From positions 3,059,296 through 3,123,295 of the forward strand of contig CP070677.1 of assembly GCA_020352495.1 (NCBI GenBank): 64,000 nt of DNA. The letters run 5' to 3'. The notes under the pieces are model-generated. The model saw nothing but the letters and a program-made list of their open reading frames with translations. It had not been told where the DNA came from and did no database searches. The DNA comes from Candidatus Latescibacterota bacterium. Its GTDB lineage: Bacteria; Krumholzibacteriota; Krumholzibacteriia; WVZY01. Of this stretch, positions 18,866-30,500 are shown piece by piece. The position numbers and the translations under genes are program-made. How positions within the stretch are numbered: the stretch's first letter is position 1; each line of letters opens with the position of its first letter.

Positions 18866-20479
18866 TTGACGAGGCCACCCAAGAAAACAAAAACCATCAA
18901 CGTTTCGTCCACCGCGCTTCCGTGGCGTAGTCTCCAGCGAGCCTCGGTATCACGACACGGGATGATCGCGACCGCGCACCACCGGGCTACCGAGATTGGT
19001 ATCGAGATTCTGGAGAGGGGTGGAAATGCCATCGATGCTGCCGTGGCTTCGGCCTTCGCCCTCGGAGTGTGCGAGCCCGCCGCGAGCGGACTCGGTGGTC
19101 AAACGATGATGCTCATCTTCCACGCCCCCACCCGCAAGAAGATTGCGTTGGACGGGTCATCGCGGGCGCCGTACCGCGCGGTGCCAAACTCGCTTGCCCG
19201 CGAGGATGTCCGGCGGGGATACACAGCGACGACTGTCCCGAGCACCCCCGCCGTCCTCGACTATGCGCTTCGTACTTACGGCACCCTCAGTCTCAAGCGA
19301 GTCCTCGCTCCCGCGATCGAGCTTGCCGAAGACGGATACGAAGTCACCCCGTTGCACCGAACGCTCACCATGCGAGAGCGCAAATACCTGAAGTTGACCA
19401 ACGCCGCGAAGTTTTTTTTGACCGATATGAAAAAGAGCCCGCCCGTCGGGTACCGACTGCGTCAACCCATTCTCGCCGAGACGTTCCGGAGGCTCGGGCG
19501 CAAAGGCGTCAAGGATTTCTACACTGGGGCTATGGCGACTTCGATTCACCGCGATATGGTCCGTAATGGCGGACTCATCCGAAAGGATGATCTCGCCCAA
19601 ATCCCTTGGCCGATCGAGCGTCGTCCGCTTGCGGGCCGACTGGGACCGGCGCGACTCTTTACGATGCCGCCCCCCGGGGCCGGACGAACGTTGATCGAGA
19701 TGCTCAATATACTGAGCCACTTTCAACCACATCAATACGATCCCGACACGGCGAAAGGAGCGGTCTGTTTCGCCGAGGTCAATCGTCGGGCGTTCCTCGA
19801 CCGCCGGGACCGCCCATTTGATCCAAACTTCTATCCACAGGTCGAAGAACGCAAAATGCTCGATATCGACTACGCAAAGCGGGTGGCGCGGCAGACGCGA
19901 AACCGGATCCGGTCACACGGAGAGACAACTCACCTGTCGGTAATGGACCGAGATGGAAATGCCGTCGCGCTCACACAGTCTATCGAGAATGTATTTGGCG
20001 CGTGTGTGGTCAACGAAGAGCTCGGTTTCCTTTACAACAATTATATGTACGCATTCGAGTATAGTGACTACAGTCATCCGTATTTCATGCGGCCGGGTGC
20101 GGTACCCTGGGCGAGCGTCGCCCCCACTATCGTTTTTCACGGGCGGCAACCGTGGCTCGTTATCGGTTCGCCCGGGAGTGAGCGTATCACGCCCTCGATC
20201 ACCCAAGTCCTCATCCGTCTGTTGAAAGGATACTCCCTTTACGAGGCCATCGAGGCACCGAGGCTCCATTGTTCGCTCGACGGCAGGGTTTCTCTGGAAG
20301 CAGATCGGTTTGGCCCCCGCACGATTCCGGCACTCCAACGGCTCGGCTTCGACATCGATGAGCGTGAGTCGTACTCGTTCTATTTGGGCTGCGTTCAGGC
20401 CGTCCAAAGAAACGGAAAGCTCTTTCACGGGGCCGCCGATCCCAGACGGGACGGCGCCGCGGGAGGGCCTCGGAAGTGA
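18866..20479 (+). CDS. ggt: gamma-glutamyltranspeptidase family protein, no signal peptide
   Basis: GNAIDAAVASAFALGVCEPAASGLGG, plus the autoprocessing/catalytic Thr context HGETTHLSVMDRDGNAV. TTG start at 18866, 4 nt after the upstream stop. An alternative start is the ATG at 18962. Confidence 0.85.
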   Translation: MTRPPKKTKTINVSSTALPWRSLQRASVSRHGMIATAHHRATEIGIEILERGGNAIDAAVASAFALGVCEPAASGLGGQTMMLIFHAPTRKKIALDGSSRAPYRAVPNSLAREDVRRGYTATTVPSTPAVLDYALRTYGTLSLKRVLAPAIELAEDGYEVTPLHRTLTMRERKYLKLTNAAKFFLTDMKKSPPVGYRLRQPILAETFRRLGRKGVKDFYTGAMATSIHRDMVRNGGLIRKDDLAQIPWPIERRPLAGRLGPARLFTMPPPGAGRTLIEMLNILSHFQPHQYDPDTAKGAVCFAEVNRRAFLDRRDRPFDPNFYPQVEERKMLDIDYAKRVARQTRNRIRSHGETTHLSVMDRDGNAVALTQSIENVFGACVVNEELGFLYNNYMYAFEYSDYSHPYFMRPGAVPWASVAPTIVFHGRQPWLVIGSPGSERITPSITQVLIRLLKGYSLYEAIEAPRLHCSLDGRVSLEADRFGPRTIPALQRLGFDIDERESYSFYLGCVQAVQRNGKLFHGAADPRRDGAAGGPRK

Positions 20480-21171
20480 GTCTCCCGATCCTGATCTCGG
20501 TCCCCCACGCGGGACTTCGCATCCCCGAGGAGATCACCACGCTGGTTGAACTAGATCAAGCCGAGATTCGCCGTGATGGGGACGAACAGGCGGCAGAAAT
20601 ATATGGTCCGCTCGAACCGGATGTTGCCGCATACGTGACCACCGATATCGCACGGGCTTTTGTCGACTTGAACCGCGCAGAGGACGACCGCCGAGCGGAC
20701 GGGGTCGTCAAGACGCATACGTGCTTCAACGTCAAGGTCTACAACACGGAGCTCGGCGAAGACCTCATCGAAACACTGCTCGAGAAATATCATCGGCCCT
20801 ATCACAAGAAGCTCACCGAACTTGCGGCTCGAGGTGAGGCTCGGGTCGGCATCGACTGTCATACGATGCTTGCCACAGGCCCCCCGGTGGGGCCGGATCC
20901 CGGTCGACCACGCCCCGCGGCGTGCGTGAGCAACCTCGATGGAATATCGTGTCCTACGCCTTGGCTGACTTCGTTGGCCGCGCGATTGGAGGAGGCCCTC
21001 GGACACGAGATCGCGTTAAACGATCCGTTCAAAGGTGGATTCATAACAAGGACCCATGCTGCGGAGATACCGTGGTTACAACTCGAGATGTCGCGGGGTC
21101 CATTCGCGACCGTTCGCGAAAAGAGCCACGCGGTGAGAGAAGCAATCGCGAAATGGGCGGCGGAGCTATGA
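20476..21171 (+). CDS. N-formylglutamate amidohydrolase (FGase) family protein
   Basis: GTGA start/stop overlap with ggt. FGase-like motifs ISVPHAGLRIPEE and GIDCHTM. Confidence 0.7.
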   Translation: MSLPILISVPHAGLRIPEEITTLVELDQAEIRRDGDEQAAEIYGPLEPDVAAYVTTDIARAFVDLNRAEDDRRADGVVKTHTCFNVKVYNTELGEDLIETLLEKYHRPYHKKLTELAARGEARVGIDCHTMLATGPPVGPDPGRPRPAACVSNLDGISCPTPWLTSLAARLEEALGHEIALNDPFKGGFITRTHAAEIPWLQLEMSRGPFATVREKSHAVREAIAKWAAEL

Positions 21172-21353
21172 GAATCTTCCATTGCGAGTCACCGGTATCA
21201 ACGCGGCTATCCACTCTCGTAACAACCGAACATCCCCATGAATTGCGCACTACCTATCGTTTTCACGTTACGCTTGCCCACCGCAAACCCAGATGCGAGA
21301 ATTGGAGCGTCTCACCTATGGGCGTGTGGTATCTAGATTGACAGGTGACAATT

Positions 21354-22292
21354 ATGTCGGAACTGTTGTCGGAATTTGCGGATTGGAGCCAACGGTTTCT
21401 CGGGGTTTCACCGACAGTGGTGGAACGAATCGCGTGGAGCATCTTGGCATGGCTTATCTACCTCGCACTCCGCGTCGTTGTCTCAGCAGTGGTCGACCGG
21501 CGCGTGAGCGATGTCGGAAAAAAGTACCTGTTGGCCAAATCGTTCAATTACATTCTCGGTTTTGCAGTAATCATCGTAACGATGATCATATGGTTTGGCA
21601 ATGTCACCGGTTGGGCCGCCTATCTCGGAATCCTCTCAGCGGGTCTGGCAATCGCGCTGCAGGACCCTGTCACCAACCTTGCGGGCTGGATCTTCATCAC
21701 CGTCCGCAAACCATTTGGTGTCGGCGACCGCATCCAAATCGGGGAACACCGGGGTGATGTGATCGACATGCGACTCTTTCAATTCACTCTAGTCGAGATC
21801 GGAAACTGGGTCGATGCCGATCAAAGCACGGGACGAATCATCCACATACCCAACGGGTGGGTGTTCAAACACAGTACCGCAAATTACACGGCTGGATTCA
21901 ATTTCATATGGAACGAACTGCCAATCACGATCACTTTCGAAAGTAATTGGGAAAAGGCCAAACAGATATTGACAGACATTGCGGCCAGACATTCGATTCT
22001 CGAAGATCGTGAAGCGCAGGAACAGGTTCGTCGCGCGGCCCGTAAATACCTGATCTATTTCCAGCACCTCACCCCAATCGTCTGGACGTCGGTGGCAGAC
22101 AACGGTGTGACCTTGACTGTGCGTTACATATGCGAGCCCCGTAAACGCCGCTCCAGCGAAGGAGCCATCTGGGAAGAAGTGCTCAGGGGTTTTGGATCGG
22201 CGGATGACATAGACTTCGCCTACCCGACCACCCGGTTCTATAACAACATATCCGAGGGAAAACCAGAGGCAAGAGCCGCGCCTGAGGAGTGA
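21354..22292 (+). CDS. mechanosensitive ion channel (MscS family)
   Basis: The ATG at 21354 is preceded by AGGTGA, so it is preferred over the GTG at 21345. TM helices plus the motif ALQDPVTNLAGWIFITVRKPFGVGDRIQIGEHRGDV. Confidence 0.8.
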   Translation: MSELLSEFADWSQRFLGVSPTVVERIAWSILAWLIYLALRVVVSAVVDRRVSDVGKKYLLAKSFNYILGFAVIIVTMIIWFGNVTGWAAYLGILSAGLAIALQDPVTNLAGWIFITVRKPFGVGDRIQIGEHRGDVIDMRLFQFTLVEIGNWVDADQSTGRIIHIPNGWVFKHSTANYTAGFNFIWNELPITITFESNWEKAKQILTDIAARHSILEDREAQEQVRRAARKYLIYFQHLTPIVWTSVADNGVTLTVRYICEPRKRRSSEGAIWEEVLRGFGSADDIDFAYPTTRFYNNISEGKPEARAAPEE

Positions 22293-22343
22293 GCTACCGG
22301 CTCATCGACCGAAAATAGAATGTGGTAGGGCTATTGTGAGATA

Positions 22344-23183
22344 CTACGTTTCCCGTTTCGCAACGACAATGTCCTGCACGTCGGTGAATTTCTCTCTTCC
22401 GGACCACGATCCAAACCGGATCGGCTCGACAATACTGAGATTCTGTTTTTCAAATAACGTTCTGATATGATCTTCCTCATAGGCCACGGCCCGCTCCGGC
22501 ACCTGTTCATCGATGGACCAACAGCCATCCAACTCTACTCGAAAGTCAAAAGAACTCGATCCATCGGCGATGAGTCGCCGCGACTCGTCATTCAACAAGA
22601 AGAAGGTGACAAAGATCGTTCCGCCGATCCTCAGTACTCGTACGATCTCGCTCAGGTAGTTCGCCATATCTTTGGGCAGCATGTGTGTAAACACCGATCC
22701 GAGAAAGACAAAGTCGAACCTGTTGCTCTCGTACGGGAATTTGTAGTCCGCGGCCGAATACTTGCCCGTGGGAAGATACTGTTTGTTGTAGATGTCGGCC
22801 ACGAGGAAACGAAAGTTGGGAAATCTGGATGTGATATTCTCGCGACACCACTTTATGCCCTCGGGGACTATGTCGAACCCGTCGTAGCTCCCGTCTTCTT
22901 CCAAGTACGCCGTCAGCGGAACCGCCATGCGGCCAATCCCACATCCGACGTCGAGTATTTTGTCCTCCTTTTTTAGTCCACCGAGTGTGATGAGATACTC
23001 GACGTATTTCTCCCCGACCGCTTTGAAATCACCTTCGCCGATGTACCGGCTCAACCCTCTCGGTGGTGTCAGGGGATCTCGTTTTCCCAATACTGAGTCG
23101 GTCAAATCCTTTGGATAGTAGTAGAGTCTTCGAAGTGTTTTTACAATCGGCCACGGCACATATTGACGGATGATACTTTTCAT
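22344..23183 (-). CDS. class I SAM-dependent methyltransferase
   Basis: Motif I ILDVGCGIGR and post-I DGFD. 279 aa. Confidence 0.8.
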   Translation of the reverse strand: MKSIIRQYVPWPIVKTLRRLYYYPKDLTDSVLGKRDPLTPPRGLSRYIGEGDFKAVGEKYVEYLITLGGLKKEDKILDVGCGIGRMAVPLTAYLEEDGSYDGFDIVPEGIKWCRENITSRFPNFRFLVADIYNKQYLPTGKYSAADYKFPYESNRFDFVFLGSVFTHMLPKDMANYLSEIVRVLRIGGTIFVTFFLLNDESRRLIADGSSSFDFRVELDGCWSIDEQVPERAVAYEEDHIRTLFEKQNLSIVEPIRFGSWSGREKFTDVQDIVVAKRET

Positions 23184-23370
23184 GCTGCGTCACCAATACG
23201 GACAACGTTTGCACATAATTCTACAACGTCACCCGCAACACCTTACCAGAATCGAACCGATGAGACAATCGATCCTGATCGGCGGCGGACAACAAGACCC
23301 GGATCTCCAAAATGCAGACGGGGGGGCCGTCGTCCCCTCCGGACGCTGGGAGATCGCGTTTGTGGGTTCG

Positions 23371-24486
23371 TTATTTCAATAATATGAGCTTTCTGGTCTC
23401 TGAGACACCGCCCGCTTCGATTCTGCAGAAATACATTCCAATGGGTGCCGCATGGGCATCCCACGTGACAACATATTCCCCGGCGGGCTGAACCTCGGTT
23501 ACCAAATGCTCGACCAACTTCCCCGTGACAGTGTAAACGGATAACCGCACGAACGCTTCTTTGGGCAATACATACTTGATCCGTGTGACCGGGTTGAACG
23601 GATTGGGCATCGGTCGCCGAAGCACCACACGGTTTTCACCGGACATGTGGGGGATCGGTGGATCCAAAAGCCCCCCGTGTATCCGCACACAGTCGGTGGA
23701 CTCGAAAGGTGTTCCATCCAACAGCTGGCCGGTGAGTCTCAGTGATTTTGTCTCACCGTCGAAAACCGGTCCCATCGCCGTGACAATCTGCTGTTTGCGA
23801 AACTTGAGTGTCAGATCCATGATCCCGTCCGGCCCGTCTTCCGTACACGCGCACGGTTCTTGGTTGTCCACCGGGGTCGTAACGTCCTCATAACCATATC
23901 GAAGCGGCGCCACACCCTCAAGCATAAGTGTCGTCACATCGATCGTGTTGACGTCGAAAACTGGGTTCCCAACCACGGCTACCGGCAGGACCCCGCCTTT
24001 TATCAGCTCAGCGTTGACGTCCTCCTCACCGTCACCCATCCCGTCCATCCACTTGATATTCAGCGGATTGGGGCACGAACCCGGTTTGATGTCCAAAGAA
24101 AACATCTCACCGACAATCAGATTCACCTTTTTCACATCCCCATTCGTGGACCAGATCGGGGCTTCGGGTCCGATCGGTGTCGCGGGGACGTCATCTATGG
24201 TAAACGAAATCACATCCCCCGGGTCGGCGCCTTCATCGACACCTGGGGTCGTAAAATCGTCCCGATAGACCGCCATGAGTCCATACGACCCCGCGGTCGT
24301 CACCGTAAACTCCCCACACTGGACGCCATCCGGGTCGTATGCGCGCACCACGGCACCCGGCTCTACAAACCCGAGATCGACAATCGACCCATCGCTCCAA
24401 AAGCTCACCCATTCGTTTGTCGGAACGACGTCCGCGTTTGCCGTGACCGGCAAGAGCAAACAGATAATCATCAGCAACCTTTTCAT
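23371..24486 (-). CDS. secreted protein with T9SS C-terminal sorting domain
   Basis: Trimmed to the ATG at 24486 (MKRLLMIICLLLPVTANA signal peptide). C-terminus NPFNPVTRIKYVLP...GMYFCRIEAGGVSETRKLILLK. The N-terminal domain is paralogous to the penultimate domain of the adjacent S8 peptidase. Confidence 0.75.
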   Translation of the reverse strand: MKRLLMIICLLLPVTANADVVPTNEWVSFWSDGSIVDLGFVEPGAVVRAYDPDGVQCGEFTVTTAGSYGLMAVYRDDFTTPGVDEGADPGDVISFTIDDVPATPIGPEAPIWSTNGDVKKVNLIVGEMFSLDIKPGSCPNPLNIKWMDGMGDGEEDVNAELIKGGVLPVAVVGNPVFDVNTIDVTTLMLEGVAPLRYGYEDVTTPVDNQEPCACTEDGPDGIMDLTLKFRKQQIVTAMGPVFDGETKSLRLTGQLLDGTPFESTDCVRIHGGLLDPPIPHMSGENRVVLRRPMPNPFNPVTRIKYVLPKEAFVRLSVYTVTGKLVEHLVTEVQPAGEYVVTWDAHAAPIGMYFCRIEAGGVSETRKLILLK

Positions 24487-24576
24487 GAAAATCGACCCCC
24501 TGTGGCTGTTGAGTGGTTCACCGTCCGTGTTGTAAGATCCGGGAGACATACTCTGCCCTCCAAACATGACAAACGA

Positions 24577-27500
24577 CTATTTCAGAAAGACCATCTTTCG
24601 TGTGTTCACATACTCCCCAGCTTTGATCCTGTAGAAATACACCCCGCTGGCAACGGCGTCACCCGATGCGTTTGTCCCATCCCACGTGGCCGTGTACCGC
24701 CCCGCGGGCTGCCACTTTCTCACCAACTCTCGAACGACCTGCCCCTTGATGTTGTATATCACCAGGCGAACATCCGAAGCCGTTGGTAGCTCGTATTTGA
24801 TCGTCGTGGCCGGATTGAACGGGTTCGGATAGTTGTTATGAAGCGCGTACGTCTTGGGCAACGACTGCACAGGATCTTCAGTTGATGTGACGACGTCGCC
24901 CAAGTCGATGACATCCCCCATCGCCGTCCATGTCACTCCCGCCGGGATCTCGTAGTCCCCCAGATAGAGTGTTATCTCTTCTCCCACCCCTGGCCCTTCG
25001 TCGGTCTCGGTTTGCGGATCATCCTTGTAGACCGTCATGAGTCCAAACTTCCCTTCCGTTGTTACCGTAAAACGTCCGCATACCACGTCATCATTATCGA
25101 CGGCTTCGACCACCGTCCCCACGGGGAGAAGCTCTCCTCCCACCCGCACTCCATCGCCCCAGATCCCAATCCACTCTCTCGTGGGGGTCACGTTGGCGGC
25201 ACCACTGCTTTGGGTAACCTCGGTCTTCTGCGCCACGGTAACCATCCCACCCGGGTGAATGGATGACGAGGGGTAAGTCAGCTCGCAGTCGGTCGTGGTT
25301 TTCACCCAGTACCCAAACCCAGGTTTCATCAGCTGGAGTGAATTGAATTCAGGAGGTATGCTCGGGTCGAACATCAGCCCGCCGCCCTCGTAGCCCAAAA
25401 CAACGATGGTGTTAGCAAGGATACTCCCGATTGCATGCGCTGTCGAATCGGCCTCATCCGGGAGGTAGCTCACGAGATTCCAACCCGATGAGAGGGGTAT
25501 CGGTGTTTCGTGTGGCACCGGATCCCCAATGACAACGAGTTCGTCACCCTCGCTCATACCAAGCCAATACCCGTGCATGTGATCCATCGTATTGAGCGTA
25601 TTGAACTGAGGAGGGATAGTCGGATCGAATGTCAACCCGCCCCCGTCAAATCCAAGAGCGATTGTGAGATGATCCATGATTCCTGAGAGAACCTCTGGGG
25701 TGGCGTCGTCCGCCGTATCGAGATTCCAACTGACGAGATTCCAGTTGGCCGAGAGAGGTAATATCCGACGCGCTGTGACTTGGAGCTCGACGGGCACCGT
25801 CAAACGCAACTCGTCCGGGTCATTGCTTCTGACAACGAGGATATCGGTGTACGTACCACCACCCGCGCAACCAATACTCGCGTCAAACCCAATCGTTACT
25901 TCTGCCGTACCGTGTGGTGGTACCATCCCGTAGGTGGGACTTGGCGACACCCAACAAACCCTCTCCCCCGTGCTCCAAAGGACGGCGTTTCGGAGGATCA
26001 GTGGTATGTCACCCATCCAGGACGGCACACTCGTGTCCAAAAAGACGTTCATCCCAACTACCGCGGCACCCTGGGTGGCGACAAATGGCACTCCGTTGTG
26101 CCAACTGGCAACCCATTCTGCCCCGGGAGCAACGCTCGTGGCGGTAAGTAGAGCGGCATACGCAAACTCCGCTCCTTGCATGATGGGATGACTCTCGTCA
26201 AACTCCCCCAATACCCCGGTTCCCATGTACCAAATACCTATTTCAAGCGGCGTGTATCCCTCATCCATGAACCGCCCATGTATGGCGTAGTCGGTCCCAA
26301 AAACCACCATAAACGCCCCTTCGGTCAGAATCACCGCACCGCCTATATCCACATAGTCGGCGAGAACGTCACCGATCGCGACGGGATCCTGAAAGGGCAC
26401 ATTGACGATGACAATCACACAGTGATAATCGCGGAGTGTTTCGAGTGTCGGCGTGGCGACCTCACCCGCGAAGCGATCCACGATTGCAATCTCTTCGAAA
26501 GCAGCAAGCAGACTCTGGATGTTGGCGTCATTGAGACCGCTGTCCAGCAGTAGAACCCGTCGCTGTTCCCCTGTTGAAATATTCTCGAGGATTGGCCATC
26601 TCGAATCCGGACGGGACGCCGCGGAGGTTTTGACACCGGCGTCTCCACTTTGATCAGCCGCCAGGCTCGTGAGCCGCGGGATGTCCCGGGCTTTTTGGTG
26701 TGACGAAAAATTGTTTTGGGAGGTGTTCGCGGAGTTCTTGATTTCAGGTCGGTCAGCGTAATCATTTGACGAGGTCGTCTGAACCCCGAGAATCGAGAGC
26801 CCCGCCTCCCCCTCAAAGACCTCGAAAAACAGATCACCGTTGCCGGTGTTTTCGATCGTCAAAATATGCGTGGACGTCTCTCCGGTAAACAGCTCGTCGC
26901 TCAGGGAACCTGGTGTAACGGCGATGTCCGATGATATCACACCCTTCCCTCGGAGTTGCACGCCAACCTCCGCTTCGTCCGGATCGTTACTGCTGACGGT
27001 CAGGGTTCCCTCGATAACTCCCTCCGAACTCGGCGTAAACGTCACTTCCAGCTCATGGGTTTCGAAGGGTGCCAGAACAAATCCACTCGGGTCTGTTACA
27101 AAATCGGTGTTATCGACCGTAATCCCACTGACGACGAGAGGATCCGCACCCTCGTTTGTGATCATCAATGTATCCGTTTCGACCGAATCCACAAACACCG
27201 ACCCGTAGTCGATGAGGTCGCGCGATACGGCGATATCGGGCAGAGGCGTAACACTCAAATGCAGGGTTATTCTTACTTCGGGTTGATTTGGATCGTTGCT
27301 CGATACGATGAGCGTGTCATCGTATTCGCCACCCAAGACGCACCGGGCTCCGGCATCAAACGTCACCTCAATAAACAGACTCTCGTCCGCCGGGACGGTG
27401 TCAAAGTCCGGACAGGCCGACACCCAACAGTTCCACTGCCCAACCCCCGTACTCCAGAGCACCGCGTTGCGGATCACTTCCGGCACGTCGTCGATCCAGT

Positions 27501-30500
27501 AACCCGTGAAGAGAAAGATGTTGACCGCGGCCACCCTTTCCCCTTTTGTCGCAATGAAATGCTCTCCGTCTTCATAATCGGCAACCCAGACTGCACCGGG
27601 GGCCAGAATGGGTTCGGTAACGGTAAAGCTGACTATGTCTTCGACGCAGTTCATGATGGGATGATAAGGGTCATATACGCCAAGCTCTGAAAATGACACG
27701 ACAGGACCGGGGAGAAACGGCGAGTAACCCTCATCCATAAATCGCCCCTGAAGCGCGAAGTCAAACGGAGGATGGGTTGTGAACGCGCCCTCCGTAACGA
27801 CAACCGCACCACCGGCGTCGACATAGTCGGCCAACACGTCACCCATGGCTGCCGGGCTCCCCATCGGCGTGTTGATACACACAATCACACAATCGTATTC
27901 CAGAAGGGTTTCGAGTGACGGAACCAACTGTTGACCATCGAAAATGTCTACAACTGCAATCTGGGGATAGGCCAACAAAGCGATTTGAATGGCATCGAGG
28001 TCGACGTTGCTCTCAATGATCAGAACACTGACCTGTTCACCCAGGTCCAAGGATGCCGCTTGCTCGTTTTGACCGCTCGCTACGTTTATTTTTGAGAACG
28101 GCTGGTGTTTCCCCCGCGGGGCAGCTCCCACCAGATCCTTCAACGACCTCACTTCGGTCCCAACTTGGCGCACAAGATCGTTTCCCCGTGCAACCGGCAC
28201 GCTACTTTGGTGGAGATGATCACCGGGGCGGCGGCTCCCAAACGAAACGATACGGATATCGGTCGCCTGGACACCCGTCGCCCCTTCCGAAATACTGAAA
28301 ATGAGATCACTCCCCCCGACATTCTCAATCGTCAGGATCTGAGTCGACCTCTCACCCGTCATCAGGTCCGCGCTAAAGGCGTCCGGATATGCCAAGATAA
28401 CCGGCGCTGTGCCCCCGATGCCTCTCAACGACACATCGATCACAGGCTCGAACGGATCATCACTTGTTATTGTAAGCGTCCCCAGCTTAAGTCCCTCGCT
28501 AACCGGGCTGAACGTCACCTCCAGTTCCCAGAATTCTCCGGGTGCCACGACAAATCCACCGGTATCCGCACCGAACTCTGCGTTGTCCAAGCCAATCGAA
28601 CTCACGTTGAGAACGTCCGACCCCAGGTTTGAGATCACAAGAGTGTCCCTTGCCGTTTCACCGATCCACGTCGGTTCAAAATCCAGCTCGATGGGCGAAA
28701 CCGCGATATCCGGTGCCGCCGTGACATGAAGCACGACGGGCACGGGGTAGTCCGGTTCGTCCGGATCGTTGCTGGAGACGACGAGAATGTCCTCGTGGTC
28801 GCCACCGGCTAGACCCGTCGCATCGAACAGCACATCAACTGTTGCGCTTTCACCCGTCCACACCGTTCCCGACGGAGGAGCCGCGGTCATCCATGGACGG
28901 TCGGCAATGTCGAAATCCAAAGTCCCTTCTCCGATATTTCGAATCGTGAGACTCTGCGTGGATGTTCCACCCGTTAGCAGACTCTCTTCCAATGAGAGCG
29001 GGTCCACCGATATGTCCGGCGGCCCCAATGTGGTCCCGGACGGCGAATTGGACACATCGGAGACATTGTCCCGTTTGTCGATCACCTTCAGTGCAAAATA
29101 GTACATCGTGTCGAAGTCCAAACCGCCCACAGTGAACGTTTCGTACGAGCCCGGAGGGCTTGGTTGAGGTTCGCCGGGGACCTCCGTGGCCAGATCGAAA
29201 TTTGTTCCAGCGATCGGCGAGAGCGAATAACGAATGTCGTACGAGTCGGCGGTCCATTGGGTGCCATCGTCGCCCGAAGCCGTCCAGGTGAGCGTTATCG
29301 AGTTCGATGTGGGAGCGGTGGTTGCCAAATCGGTCACAGCCGCCGGGGGGATCGTATCGACCAACGCACGAAGCGCTCCAAAAACGTTCAGTCTTCCCCC
29401 GGTCACCGAACGTCCGACCAGATCGGGTATCGAATCGACTGATGAAAGAATGAGTTCCTTCACCTCGAGGTTGCCAAGACCCGGTGAATCCGCCCAGAGA
29501 AGACTCGCAGCGCCTGATACGTGGGGGGCTGCCATGGAGGTCCCGTTGTAATACCCGTATGTATTGCCCGGAAGCGAGCTGTAAATGCCCTGGCCGGGCG
29601 CACCGAGATCGACGGTTGTTGCGCCGTAGTTGGAGTTCATCGCCAATCCGTCATTGTGGTTCGTCCAGGCGACGGTGATGATATTTTCCAAATCGTACGC
29701 CGCTGGATACTGCGGAAAGACATCGGTGTCCCGCCCCGCGTTTCCCGCTGATGCAACAAACAGCATCCCAGCGTTTCCCGATGCCTCGATAGCATCACGC
29801 AGGGCTTCTGATGCACCGCCGCCACCCCAGCTGTTGTTGGTGAGCTTGGCCCCCATCATCGTTGCGTATTCGACGGCCGAAATGGCACCCGACGTGTAAC
29901 CCTGTCCCTCACTGTTGAGAAACTTCAGCGCCATTATTCGAGCGGACCAGCTGACACCGACCACCCCGATCCCGTTGTTCCCAACGGCGGCGATGGTTCC
30001 TGAGACGTGGGAACCGTGACCGTGATCGTCCATGGGGAGTTCGTCGTTGCCCACAAAGTCCCAACCTCTGACATCGTCGACGTAGCCGTTGCCGTCGTCG
30101 TCGGTGTCGTTGCCCGGTATCTCCCCGGGATTGATCCACATGTTGGCCGCCAGATCCTCATGAGTCCAATCGACACCGGTATCGATCACACCAACCAATA
30201 CGGTGTCCCCCGTTTCGATCTGCCAGGCCTCCGGCGCATCGATATCCGCATCCGGTGTACCACCGGTTTGACCGGTGTTATGCAGCCCCCAGAGCCGCTC
30301 GAACTCCGGATCATCCGGAAAGAGGTCATCCGCATAAACGATGTAATCCGGTTCGATGTACTCGATCCGGGGATCGTTGGAGAAACGTTCGACCGCGTCC
30401 TCGGGAGACAATCCCGAGATTTGCCAGAGTTCGGCATCAATCAATGAAAAATGCCTGATAACCGAGGCCCCGAGATTTGCCAGGACAGCGTCTTTATCAG

